DNA of 50,862 nt from an uncultured Acidobacteriota bacterium. Lineage in GTDB: Bacteria > Acidobacteriota > Vicinamibacteria > Marinacidobacterales > Marinacidobacteraceae. The DNA lies in NCBI GenBank assembly GCA_964448205.1, contig CAYUVU010000129.1:1-50862 (forward strand). The letters are read 5' to 3'. Position numbers and translations under genes: made by a program. The notes under the pieces are model-generated. The model saw only the letters and a program-made list of their open reading frames with translations. It made no database searches and was not told the origin of the DNA. Positions 18,586 to 27,882 of this stretch are shown piece by piece; position 1 is the first letter of the stretch; every line of letters starts with the position of its first letter.

Positions 18586-19733
18586 GAGCGGAGCCCCCTT
18601 CCCGGTCCCGACCGATCGAGGATCGTCTGGTAGGCGAGGCCGGCGGCCACCGAGTAGGCCGGCCCGCACACCGCGGGATCGAGCCCCCCCAGCGGATCGA
18701 GCACCGCCGGCGCTCCTGGCGTGAACTCCTCGAGGCACCCGCAAACCGCCGGAGAAACGGCGCCGCCACCACTGAGCAGCAACCGGTCTACCTGCCCCAG
18801 CCCCGCCTCCCGGAACGCCTCCCGGGCAGCTGCCGCAACGCGGTGGTGAACGGCCTCCGTGCCGTCGCCGGGGCCCCCCTGCCACCGGGCCGGCGCCTGG
18901 CTCCCGGGAGGCCCCGGCGTGACCCCGGACTCCACGCCCGGTGGGGCTCCATCCACCGCCGGCGCCCCGGCGCCAAGTGCGGGAACGCTCGCGAGCAGGT
19001 CGGCCGGGACGCCCGCCCGCGCCTCGAGAGCCGCGGCCCGGTCGCGGATCGCGGGACCGTCCGGGCGCGCGTTCCCGAAGACGTGGACTCCGGAGCGGGA
19101 GGCTCCGATCTCCACGATCGCCAGCGCGCCGGAATCCCGATCCACTCCGGCAAGGCGGTCGGCCAGCCCCACCGCCGCGTGGAGTGCGTAGGGCTCGAGT
19201 TCGATCCGGGTCGCCTCCCGGCCCGCGGCTACGGCGGCCCGGCAGTGTGCGAGGACGACCTCGCGCGGCGCAGCGCCGAAGACGACCGCCGCCAGGCCCT
19301 CCCCCGCCGCCTCCCGGGCGACCGGCAGCGGGCCCTCGTAGTCGAACTCGAGGGATTCGAGATGGAACGGCACGTGGCGGGCCGCTTCCCGGGCGACCGC
19401 GTCGCGGAGACCCCCCGGCGTGCTCCCGGTCGCAACCGCTTCGGGAGGCACCGGAAACCTCTTGACGAGGACCGAACCGCCTCCGATGGCGAGGGTCAGC
19501 ACCCGGCACCGCACCCGTAGCGTGGCAAGGAGCCGTCCGAGCGCCGCGCCGACGGCGCCGGCGTCGCGCACCGCGCCGTCCCGCAGCGTTCCCGGCGCGA
19601 CCGGCTCGATTCCGGCCCCCAGAACCGTCAACTCTCCGCGATCCGCGGAGAGGGCGACCACCTTGACTCCGGAATATCCGAAATCGACTCCGACCGCGTG
19701 AAGCGGGCGTCTCCAATTGACGAAACGGCGCAC
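18582..19733 (-). CDS. pilM: Actin-like ATPase PilM
   Basis: VGVDFGYSGVKVVAL N-terminal phosphate-1 motif. Length 383 aa. GTG start. Confidence 0.85.
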   Translation of the reverse strand: MRRFVNWRRPLHAVGVDFGYSGVKVVALSADRGELTVLGAGIEPVAPGTLRDGAVRDAGAVGAALGRLLATLRVRCRVLTLAIGGGSVLVKRFPVPPEAVATGSTPGGLRDAVAREAARHVPFHLESLEFDYEGPLPVAREAAGEGLAAVVFGAAPREVVLAHCRAAVAAGREATRIELEPYALHAAVGLADRLAGVDRDSGALAIVEIGASRSGVHVFGNARPDGPAIRDRAAALEARAGVPADLLASVPALGAGAPAVDGAPPGVESGVTPGPPGSQAPARWQGGPGDGTEAVHHRVAAAAREAFREAGLGQVDRLLLSGGGAVSPAVCGCLEEFTPGAPAVLDPLGGLDPAVCGPAYSVAAGLAYQTILDRSGPGRGLRS

Positions 19734-19741
19734 CCTTCCCT

Positions 19742-19802
19742 AGACGTAAAACGCGCCGAAAAATTCCCACCACGGACCGAAATGTGGAAAAGTCGAAGCG
19801 AA
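19742..19802 (-). repeat. Copy B of the 61-nt conserved block, 5' of pilM
   Basis: Gene-strand sequence: TTCGCTTCGACTTTTCCACATTTCGGTCCGTGGTGGGAATTTTTCGGCGCGTTTTACGTCT. The block ends 8 nt before the pilM GTG. Confidence 0.6.
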
Positions 19803-19812
19803 GCGGCATAAC

Positions 19813-19833
19813 GGGGCCCTTCGACGGGGCCCC
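19813..19833 (-). terminator. GC-rich hairpin after the metalloprotease gene
   Basis: GGGGCCC-N7-GGGCCCC gives a 7-bp stem, 11 nt after the stop at 19845. There is no clear U-tract. A weaker GGGCC-N10-GGCCC hairpin (1937..1956) occupies the equivalent place next to copy A. Confidence 0.35.
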
Positions 19834-19844
19834 TCGCCGCCGCT

Positions 19845-21035
19845 TCAGGGCGAAGGCGTCTCGGACTCCTCTGCTTCCGCCGGGCGCGGAAGAAGACCGC
19901 AGCGCACCGGCCAGTCTTCGGAAGGAATGACCGGAAGCGGAGGATTCGCACCGGCGAGCCGGGGCCCGGCCATCGAGGCGGGTTCCCAGAACTCGCTGGC
20001 CGCGGTGTCAGGACAGTCGGCCCGCCCGTGCCCGAAGTAGTTGTCGCGGCCCGGGTCGATGGCCACCTCGTCGTGCCCGCCCCATTCGGGCCCGGCATAC
20101 AGGAGGTCCTCGACGCGCGTCCCCACGTGCGCGCTGGTCTCCAGCCGGTCGGGAGCGCACCCCGGCACCGCGCCGAAGACGTGCAGCAGTTCGTGCACCA
20201 TCACTGCCTCGTAGGTGGAGGCCGTCTCCCGATCGCCTCCCACCGGCCGCGGGCTGCACCCCTCCGCGTGCACGAAAGCGACGGCGACCCGGCCCTCCGC
20301 GGCGGCGCTGCCGCAGAGATCCCCGGAACGGCCGGCGTAGTAGACCGCATACGCCTTGCCGGACGACGCTCCGAACCGGTCCCGGATCGCGTTTTCGAGG
20401 GCTTCGACCAGCGAGGCGCCCCCTTCCTCGCCCTCCTGGGCCGTGAAGGGCAGGCGCAGGAACGTCACGTCGAGCCTGCCCCCGGCGGTGTCGAGCCGGA
20501 GGCGCTGGCCGATCTCGCCCTCCAGCCAGCGCTGGAGCGCGTCGAACGACCTCTCGATGTCGCCGTGGCGGTCCAGGTCTCCATCCTCCGCGTCGCTCGG
20601 GAGCGCATAGACGACATGGACCTGTGGACCCGCCAGGTCGTCCGGCTGGTCCCGGTCGTGCCGCGGGTTGGGTTCCAGCACCTCGAGCTCCAGCGAGTCC
20701 CCGAACTCCTCGAACGACGCCGAGACGGTGGCGCGTCCCACGGCGACGCCGGTCAGCGTTCCGTCCTCCGCCACCTCCACGACCGAGGGGTCCGACGACG
20801 TCCACGCGCTCTCCACGACTCCCGTCGTGCCGTCGTCGTAGCGGCCGTACGCGAGCGCCGGCCCGGTCACCTGGCCGACCCGGAGATCGTCCCGCGCCAG
20901 CGTGACCTCGAGGCCCCGCAGCTCCTTCGGGGAAACCCGGGGCGTGCCCGGGGTGACCGGGGTCTGATTGCCCTCGCCGCCGCCGCAGGCCAGACCCAGC
21001 AGCATCAGGGGTGCGGCCCACCGGGTCGGACTCAT
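19845..21035 (-). CDS. Putative zinc metallopeptidase lipoprotein with bacterial Ig-like (Big_2-like) domain
   Basis: LMLLGLACGG lipobox. SSDPSVVEVAEDGTLTGVAVGRATVSASF is Big_2-like. HELLHVFG is an HExxH motif. The start was set to ATG 21035 to avoid overlap with tag. Confidence 0.7.
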   Translation of the reverse strand: MSPTRWAAPLMLLGLACGGGEGNQTPVTPGTPRVSPKELRGLEVTLARDDLRVGQVTGPALAYGRYDDGTTGVVESAWTSSDPSVVEVAEDGTLTGVAVGRATVSASFEEFGDSLELEVLEPNPRHDRDQPDDLAGPQVHVVYALPSDAEDGDLDRHGDIERSFDALQRWLEGEIGQRLRLDTAGGRLDVTFLRLPFTAQEGEEGGASLVEALENAIRDRFGASSGKAYAVYYAGRSGDLCGSAAAEGRVAVAFVHAEGCSPRPVGGDRETASTYEAVMVHELLHVFGAVPGCAPDRLETSAHVGTRVEDLLYAGPEWGGHDEVAIDPGRDNYFGHGRADCPDTAASEFWEPASMAGPRLAGANPPLPVIPSEDWPVRCGLLPRPAEAEESETPSP

Positions 21036-21069
21036 CCGCGTGGGACTCGCGGGTCCGGCCCGGACGTTC

Positions 21070-21648
21070 TCACGGCCGCCCAACCTCCCGGTGCCGGAAG
21101 CAGGACACCAGGTGGTCGTTCACGAGGCCGGTCGCCTGCATGTGGGCATAGAGGATCGTGTTGCCCACGAAGCGGAAACCGCGGGCCTTCAGGTCGCGCG
21201 CCAGCGCCGCCGACAGCTCCGAGGTCGCGGGGACTTCGTCATCGCGCCGCCACCCGTTGACGAGCGGTTTCCCCCCCACGAAACCCCAGATGTAGTCGCT
21301 GAAGCTCCCGAACTCCTGCCGCACTTCGAGGAAACGCTGCGCATTGTTGACCGCGGCCTCCACCTTCCCCCGGTTGCGGATGATGGCCGGGTTTGCGAGC
21401 AGCCGCTCGACCCGGGCCTTCCGGAAGCGGGAGACCCGTTCCGGGTCGAAGCCGGCGAATGCCTTCCGATACCCCTCGCGCCGCTTCAGGATGGTGGCCC
21501 AACTGAGACCCGCCTGGGCGGATTCCAGCACCAGGAACTCGAACTGCGTCCGGTCGTCGCGCGCCGGAACGCCCCACTCCTCGTCGTGATAGCGGACGTA
21601 GTCCGGGAAGGTCCCCTCGGCCCACCCACAGCGCCGCCGCTCGCTCAC
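21070..21648 (-). CDS. tag: DNA-3-methyladenine glycosylase I
   Basis: YHDEEWGVP...LSWATILKRR motifs. Length 192 aa. GTG 21648 overlaps the leuD stop (GTGA). Confidence 0.9.
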   Translation of the reverse strand: MSERRRCGWAEGTFPDYVRYHDEEWGVPARDDRTQFEFLVLESAQAGLSWATILKRREGYRKAFAGFDPERVSRFRKARVERLLANPAIIRNRGKVEAAVNNAQRFLEVRQEFGSFSDYIWGFVGGKPLVNGWRRDDEVPATSELSAALARDLKARGFRFVGNTILYAHMQATGLVNDHLVSCFRHREVGRP

Positions 21649-22238
21649 GGGGTTTCGGCGCGGTCGTCCTTCCCCTGCTCGTGCCGGAGGATCGCCGATT
21701 CCTGCTCCAGCAGGAAGTCCAGCGGACCCCGCCCGGTGAGCAGGCATCGGCGTGCGAAAGGTGGCAACTCGAACCGGACCGAACCCCCCTCCGGGAGCGA
21801 CACGGTCCCGGCTCCCACGTCGATCACGATCTCCGCTCCGGGGTGGGAGAGGAGCTCCCGGTGGGCCGAGGGCTCGATCTCCACCGGGACGAGGCCGTTC
21901 CGGACCGCATTCCCCTTGAAGATGTCCGCGATCGAAGGACTCACCACGGCGGCGAAGCCGTAGTCGGTGAGCGCCCACGGCGCGTGCTCGCGCGACGAGC
22001 CGCAGCCGAAGTTGGCGCCCGCGACCAGGATGCGGGCCCCTGTCGCCTCCGGCCGGTTCAGCGGGAAATCGGCGCGCAGCTCCCCGGCCGCGTCCCGGCG
22101 CCAGTCGGCGAACAGCGAGACGCCCAGCCCGTCTCGCCGGGTGCCGGTCAGGAACCGGGCCGGAATGATCTGGTCGGTGTCCACGTTGTCGGCGGGGAGG
22201 ACGACCGTGCGGGAGGCGATGCGAACTACGGGCTCCAT
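21645..22238 (-). CDS. leuD: 3-isopropylmalate dehydratase small subunit
   Basis: DTDQIIPARFL and GANFGCGSSREHAPWAL motifs. A GGAGAC SD precedes ATG 22238. Confidence 0.95.
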   Translation of the reverse strand: MEPVVRIASRTVVLPADNVDTDQIIPARFLTGTRRDGLGVSLFADWRRDAAGELRADFPLNRPEATGARILVAGANFGCGSSREHAPWALTDYGFAAVVSPSIADIFKGNAVRNGLVPVEIEPSAHRELLSHPGAEIVIDVGAGTVSLPEGGSVRFELPPFARRCLLTGRGPLDFLLEQESAILRHEQGKDDRAETP

Positions 22239-22252
22239 GAGGTGTCTCCGCT

Positions 22253-23659
22253 TCAGTCCTGGAGGAAGGGCCGGGGATCGGCCACCGCGCCGGCGAGCGC
22301 CGAGGCGGCGGCGGTCACCGGCGAGGCGAGCACCGTTCGGCCTCCGGGTCCCTGCCGGCCCTCGAAGTTGCGGTTCGAGGTCGACACCGCGAGTTCCTTC
22401 GGCGACAGCCGGTCCCCGTTCATGGCGATGCACATCGAGCAGCCCGGCGCCCGCCACTCGGCCCCGGCGCTCCGGAACACCTCGTCGAGCCCCTCCGCCT
22501 CCGCCTGGCGGCGCACCTTCGCCGATCCCGGAACCACCAGCAATTGGGTGGCGGGACTCGTCCGGCGGCCGGCCAGCACCCGCGCCGCAGCCCTGAGATC
22601 GGAGATCCGGGCGTTGGTGCAGCTCCCGATGAAGACCACGTCGGCCGGCCGGCCGAGGAGCGGCCGCCCCGCCTCGATCCCCATGTAGTCGAGCGCCGCC
22701 CGCTCTTCGGCATCGGCCGGCGCCGGGACCGCTTCCGAGATCCCGCACGACATTCCCGGGTTCGTCCCCCAGGTGACCATGGGCTCGAGGGATCCCGCGT
22801 CGAACGACAGCAACCGGTCGAACGCGGCGCCCTCGTCCGTGGGCAACCGGCTCCAGCGGGCGACGAGGCCGGCGAAACCGTCCCCCGAGGGGACGTGCTC
22901 CTTCCCTTCGAGGTATGCGAAGGTCGTTTCGTCCGGGGCGATCAGGCCGGCGCGCGCTCCGGCCTCGATGGACATGTTGCAAAGCGTCATCCGCGCTTCC
23001 ATGTCGAGCGCCCGCACCGCCGCGCCCCGGTACTCGATGACGTGGCCCCGGCCCGCCGCGACGCCGAACCTCCGGATCACCCCGAGAATCAGGTCCTTGG
23101 CCGAGACGCCCGCCCCAAGCCGCCCCGAGATCTCGATGCCGAGCGTCCGGGGGCGCTCCTGCAGCAGGCACTGGGTCGCGAGCACCTGGGCGACTTCCGT
23201 CGTCCCGATCCCGAACGCCCAGGCGCCGAAGGCTCCGTGGGTGCTCGTGTGACTGTCGCCGCAGACGATGGTGCGTCCCGGTTGGGTGAGACCGAGTTCC
23301 GGACCGATGACGTGGACGATGCCCTGCCCGGGATCGCCCATCCGGAAGAGCGGGATTCCGTGCTCCTCGCAGTTCCGCTCCAGCGTCTCCACCTGGTTCC
23401 GGGTGGCCCGGTTCAGGTACGCGGGCCGGCCCTCCACGAAACGCGTCGGGATCGAATGGTCCACGGTGGCCCAGGTCCGGTCCGGCCGCCGGACCCGCAG
23501 CCCCCGTTCCCGGAGCAGGGCAAAGGCCTGCGGCGAGGTCACCTCGTGGATCAGGTGGGTGTCCACGTAGATCACCGCCGGATGGTCCGCGCCGGCCGGA
23601 ACGGCCTCGTGAGCGTCCCAGATCTTGTCGAAGAGCGTGCGCGGCTTCTCGACGGTCAC
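22253..23659 (-). CDS. leuC: 3-isopropylmalate dehydratase large subunit
   Basis: [22 protein letters not shown] and CNMSIEAG motifs. GTG 23659 overlaps the stop of the upstream ORF (GTGA). Confidence 0.95.
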   Translation of the reverse strand: MTVEKPRTLFDKIWDAHEAVPAGADHPAVIYVDTHLIHEVTSPQAFALLRERGLRVRRPDRTWATVDHSIPTRFVEGRPAYLNRATRNQVETLERNCEEHGIPLFRMGDPGQGIVHVIGPELGLTQPGRTIVCGDSHTSTHGAFGAWAFGIGTTEVAQVLATQCLLQERPRTLGIEISGRLGAGVSAKDLILGVIRRFGVAAGRGHVIEYRGAAVRALDMEARMTLCNMSIEAGARAGLIAPDETTFAYLEGKEHVPSGDGFAGLVARWSRLPTDEGAAFDRLLSFDAGSLEPMVTWGTNPGMSCGISEAVPAPADAEERAALDYMGIEAGRPLLGRPADVVFIGSCTNARISDLRAAARVLAGRRTSPATQLLVVPGSAKVRRQAEAEGLDEVFRSAGAEWRAPGCSMCIAMNGDRLSPKELAVSTSNRNFEGRQGPGGRTVLASPVTAAASALAGAVADPRPFLQD

Positions 23660-24192
23660 TTCCCTTCTCCGTCTTCCCGGGCGCGCCGGGTTCGCGCCCG
23701 GTTCTCGGCGTCCTTGAGGCGCCAGCGGCGCTCGGCCTCGGAGGAGACCGCTACCAGGACCAGGCCGTTCAGCAGTCCCATGCGGGGCACCTCCGCCCAA
23801 CCGCCGCCGGGGTCGAGTTCGCCGAGGCGCTCGGCGAGCCGGCCCGGATCGCGTTCGCGCCGGACGGCCTCGAGCGCCTCGTCCGAAAACCCGGCCAGCG
23901 GCGAACCCCCGTCCACGAGGCCCAGCAGCCGGCTGCCCGCCCTCCCGAGCGCCCGCCGCTCGGCGTCCGAGAGCGTCGGCTCTCCGAGGCGCCGGGCGCG
24001 CGCCTCGGCCCGTTCGGCGACGAGTTCACGGGCGGCCTTCCGGTAGGCGGCGAAGGAATGCCGCTTCGCGACCAGGGGACCCAGCAGCCCCGGCAGCTCC
24101 GCGGGATCGTCCAGGCGGGCGAGTCGCGACAGGACCTTCAGCGGGCGTTTCGCGAGCGAGGCGCGGGGGCCGGCGGGCTTTTTCGGGGGCAA
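23656..24192 (-). CDS. Hypothetical protein inserted between leuA and leuC
   Basis: 178-aa Arg/Glu/Leu-rich ORF with strongly GC-biased third positions. The stop is coupled to the leuC start. TTG start with no obvious SD, so the start is uncertain. No motif recognised. Confidence 0.55.
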   Translation of the reverse strand: MPPKKPAGPRASLAKRPLKVLSRLARLDDPAELPGLLGPLVAKRHSFAAYRKAARELVAERAEARARRLGEPTLSDAERRALGRAGSRLLGLVDGGSPLAGFSDEALEAVRRERDPGRLAERLGELDPGGGWAEVPRMGLLNGLVLVAVSSEAERRWRLKDAENRARTRRAREDGEGK

Positions 24193-24267
24193 GCGGCGCG
24201 GAGCCTATACGACGGCGAGCCGGGGCTGGCGTCTTCCGCACCAATCCGAGGACCGCCCGCTGCCGGC

Positions 24268-25473
<1,206 letters not shown>

Positions 25474-25520
25474 GGTGGGTTTCCCCGGAAAGCACCGGAA
25501 CCGCGGCCGTTCCAGCGCGC

Positions 25521-25557
25521 AAGAAAAAGAACCCGGCGAGCCGCAGTTGGCTGCCGG
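25521..25557 (-). terminator. Hairpin plus U-tract between the M50 gene and leuA (terminator or leader attenuator)
   Basis: Gene strand: CCGGCAGCCaactgcGGCTCGCCGG followed by GTTCTTTTTCTT. Confidence 0.4.
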
Positions 25558-25572
25558 GATGCCGCTTTGGCA

Positions 25573-25601
25573 ACGGTAGACCCCGCGCGGGTCCGTGTCA
25601 A
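25573..25601 (-). promoter_or_regulatory. Candidate sigma70-type promoter TTGACA-N17-TACCGT upstream of leuA
   Basis: The rc of 25596..25601 is TTGACA and the rc of 25573..25578 is TACCGT, with a 17-nt spacer. It lies about 100 nt upstream of the leuA ATG and upstream of the hairpin/U-tract. Confidence 0.4.
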
Positions 25602-25632
25602 CGCGGACGCCACGGGCGGCCGCGGCCACCCG

Positions 25633-26613
25633 TCAGGAACCGAAGAGCATGCTCCAGTCCATCACCACCGGTTCGGGGGTGAAGCAGAGAGCGAAGGTGG
25701 CAACGCCCGCCGCGGCCAGGAACTGGCGGCGCCTGCCGAGCGGAGCGGCGTCGTCGAGCGTCGGCGGGTGCGGCCGCCGGGCGCCGAGCAGGAGGCAGAG
25801 GAGGCCCCACACGAGCCAGGTCGGCGACCACACGGCCAGCGGGAACATGAGCAGGTGCACCGTCCTCGAGAACCGCGCCGCGCGCCCCCGAAGCACCGCG
25901 TAGAGCGCGTGCCCGCCATCGAGCTGCCCGATCGGCAGCAGATTGATCGCGGTGACGAGCAGGCCGAACCAGGCGGCAAGTCCCATGGGGCTCAGATACA
26001 GGACCTGCCCGTCGGGAACGGCGGGACCGAAGGCCGACGCGAACCACTGGAAGAGAATCGGTTCGCCGAACTGGATGCCACCCGCTGCGAGCGGGCCGGG
26101 ACGCGAGGAGGCGACCCCCGCCGCCAGGATCGGCAGGCACACCAGGAAACCCGCGATGGGCCCGGCCAGCCCTACGTCGATGAGGGCCCGGCGGTTCGGG
26201 AACGGCGACCGGATCCGGATGAAGGCGCCGAGCGTTCCCACGATCGTGAACGGCATGGGCAGGAAGTAGGGGAGGCTCGCGTCCACCCGGTAGTAGCGCG
26301 CCGTGAGGTAGTGCCCGAACTCGTGGCACAGGAGGATGAAGAGCAGGGAGAACGAATACGGGATCCCGTAGCGGATCCAGAGCAGCGTCCACTCGAATCC
26401 GGACCGCGCTTCTCCCGGCGTTCGAAAGAGTTCCGGCGCCTCGGCGGCGATGCCCAGCGCCCCGCCCACCCAGAGCGTGGTCCCGACCGTGGCGACGAAG
26501 AGCGCCGCGGGAAGGAGGAAGCGCCGGGGTCCCGGCGCCGCCGCCGGCCGGCGTTCCCAGGTTTCCGGCGCTACCGCCGGCGCGGGGATTTCCTGGGCTT
26601 CGGCGCCGTTCAT
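25633..26613 (-). CDS. Site-2 protease family (M50) membrane metalloprotease
   Basis: HEFGHY (HExxH) and NLLPIGQLDGGH motifs in a multi-pass membrane protein. The ATG overlaps the upstream stop (ATGA). Confidence 0.85.
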   Translation of the reverse strand: MNGAEAQEIPAPAVAPETWERRPAAAPGPRRFLLPAALFVATVGTTLWVGGALGIAAEAPELFRTPGEARSGFEWTLLWIRYGIPYSFSLLFILLCHEFGHYLTARYYRVDASLPYFLPMPFTIVGTLGAFIRIRSPFPNRRALIDVGLAGPIAGFLVCLPILAAGVASSRPGPLAAGGIQFGEPILFQWFASAFGPAVPDGQVLYLSPMGLAAWFGLLVTAINLLPIGQLDGGHALYAVLRGRAARFSRTVHLLMFPLAVWSPTWLVWGLLCLLLGARRPHPPTLDDAAPLGRRRQFLAAAGVATFALCFTPEPVVMDWSMLFGS

Positions 26614-27869
26614 CGGTCCGGATAGAGGAGATGAGGGCTGCGTTCCTCGAGGAACTCGGCGACCGCGGCGGCTTCGGACGCCATCAGGTCGTCCACCGGG
26701 ACCCCGGCATCGATGCCCCGGCGAACGCGGTCGGTCCCGAGCAGCAGGTCCAGCCAGAAACGCTCCCCGCTCGCGCGCCAGGCGAAATCGCCGGGATGCG
26801 CGCGGCGGACCGCCTCGATCGCCCTGAGTCCGCTGCGCACTGGCCGGAAGGCCGCCAGGTCGGTGATCTCGACCCGCAGGCCGCCGCTCGCCTCATCGGC
26901 GAAGCGCGGATTCGGCGCCGCGGGCACCGCCCTCGGGGTGAAGCGCGTCTCCGTGAATCGGACCCCGGGAAGCGCCGCGCCTCCCTCGAGCTCCCTGATC
27001 CAGGCGGCGGCGTCCGCCCACGGCGCCCCCACCACCTCGAAGGGGGTCTCGGTCCCCCGGCCCTCCGACAGCATCACTCCCTCGAACAGGCCGAACCCCG
27101 GATACACCAGGGCGCTCTCGAGCGTCGGGATGTTGGGCGACGGCGGGCGCCACGGGAGCTCCGTCTCCCCCCAGCGGGTGCCGCGGGTGAGACCCTTCAC
27201 CGGCACCACCCGGACCGCCGCCCCCTCGCGGGCGGCAAAAAGCCGCGCCAGTTCTCCGACCGTCATCCCGTGGAGGAGCGGGAGCCGGTCCGTGCCCACG
27301 AAGGAGCGGAATTCCGGTTCGAGCATCGGTCCCTCCACCCGGTCGCCCCCGTTCGGGTTGGGGCGGTCGAGCACCCAGAACTCGATTCCCGCCCGGTTCG
27401 CGGCGAGGAGGGCGTTCCGCAGCGTGGAGATGTAGGTGTAAAAGCGCACCCCGATGTCCTGGATGTCGAACACGAGCGCGTCCAGGCCGGCGAGCGAGGT
27501 CGCGTCGGGACTGCGCCGCTCGCCGTAGAGGCTGACCACGGGCAGGCCGGTTTCCGGGTCCCGGCCCGACGCGACCTCCTCGCCGGCGGCGGCCGCCCCG
27601 GAGACCCCGTGCTCGGGCCCGAAGAGCAGCGCCACCTCCACCCCGGCCTCGAGCAGGGCGGCCGCCGCCGACTGACCGCCGATGGTGCGGCCGGTGTGGT
27701 TGGTGAGGAGTCCCACCCGCTTCCCGAGGAGGTCCCCCGGGCCCTCGGCGGCGAGCCGGTCGAGGCCGGGCAGGATCGGGAGCGGGAGCGGATCGTCCGC
27801 CGCCGGGCCGCAGGACGCCAGCACCGCGCACCCCAGCAGGATCGTCCGGGCGCGGGGTGCGCCACTCAA
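26610..27869 (-). CDS. DUF1343 family protein (NamZ/YbbC-like exo-beta-N-acetylmuramidase candidate), lipoprotein
   Basis: GLLTNHTG..., FGPEHG, DIQDIGVRFYTY and LDRPNP are DUF1343 hallmarks. TTG 27869 gives MSGAPRARTILLGCAVLASCG, a lipoprotein-type signal. This is the first start after the ilvE stop. Confidence 0.8.
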   Translation of the reverse strand: MSGAPRARTILLGCAVLASCGPAADDPLPLPILPGLDRLAAEGPGDLLGKRVGLLTNHTGRTIGGQSAAAALLEAGVEVALLFGPEHGVSGAAAAGEEVASGRDPETGLPVVSLYGERRSPDATSLAGLDALVFDIQDIGVRFYTYISTLRNALLAANRAGIEFWVLDRPNPNGGDRVEGPMLEPEFRSFVGTDRLPLLHGMTVGELARLFAAREGAAVRVVPVKGLTRGTRWGETELPWRPPSPNIPTLESALVYPGFGLFEGVMLSEGRGTETPFEVVGAPWADAAAWIRELEGGAALPGVRFTETRFTPRAVPAAPNPRFADEASGGLRVEITDLAAFRPVRSGLRAIEAVRRAHPGDFAWRASGERFWLDLLLGTDRVRRGIDAGVPVDDLMASEAAAVAEFLEERSPHLLYPDR

Positions 27870-27882
27870 ACTCTTCGGACGC

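Noticed and set aside
19742-19802. The 61-nt block as a c-di-GMP (GEMM) riboswitch or other known pilus-associated riboswitch.
   Set aside because: It is too short and lacks the two-hairpin GNRA tetraloop/receptor architecture and the conserved GEMM nucleotides. A sigma54 GG-N10-GC fit holds in copy B only, not in copy A.
23656-24192. The 178-aa ORF as a detached LeuA regulatory (LeuA_dimer) domain created by a frameshift.
   Set aside because: The sequence is Arg/Glu-rich and helical. It bears no resemblance to the beta-rich LeuA C-terminal domain as I recall it, and a 75-nt untranslated gap separates it from the leuA stop.
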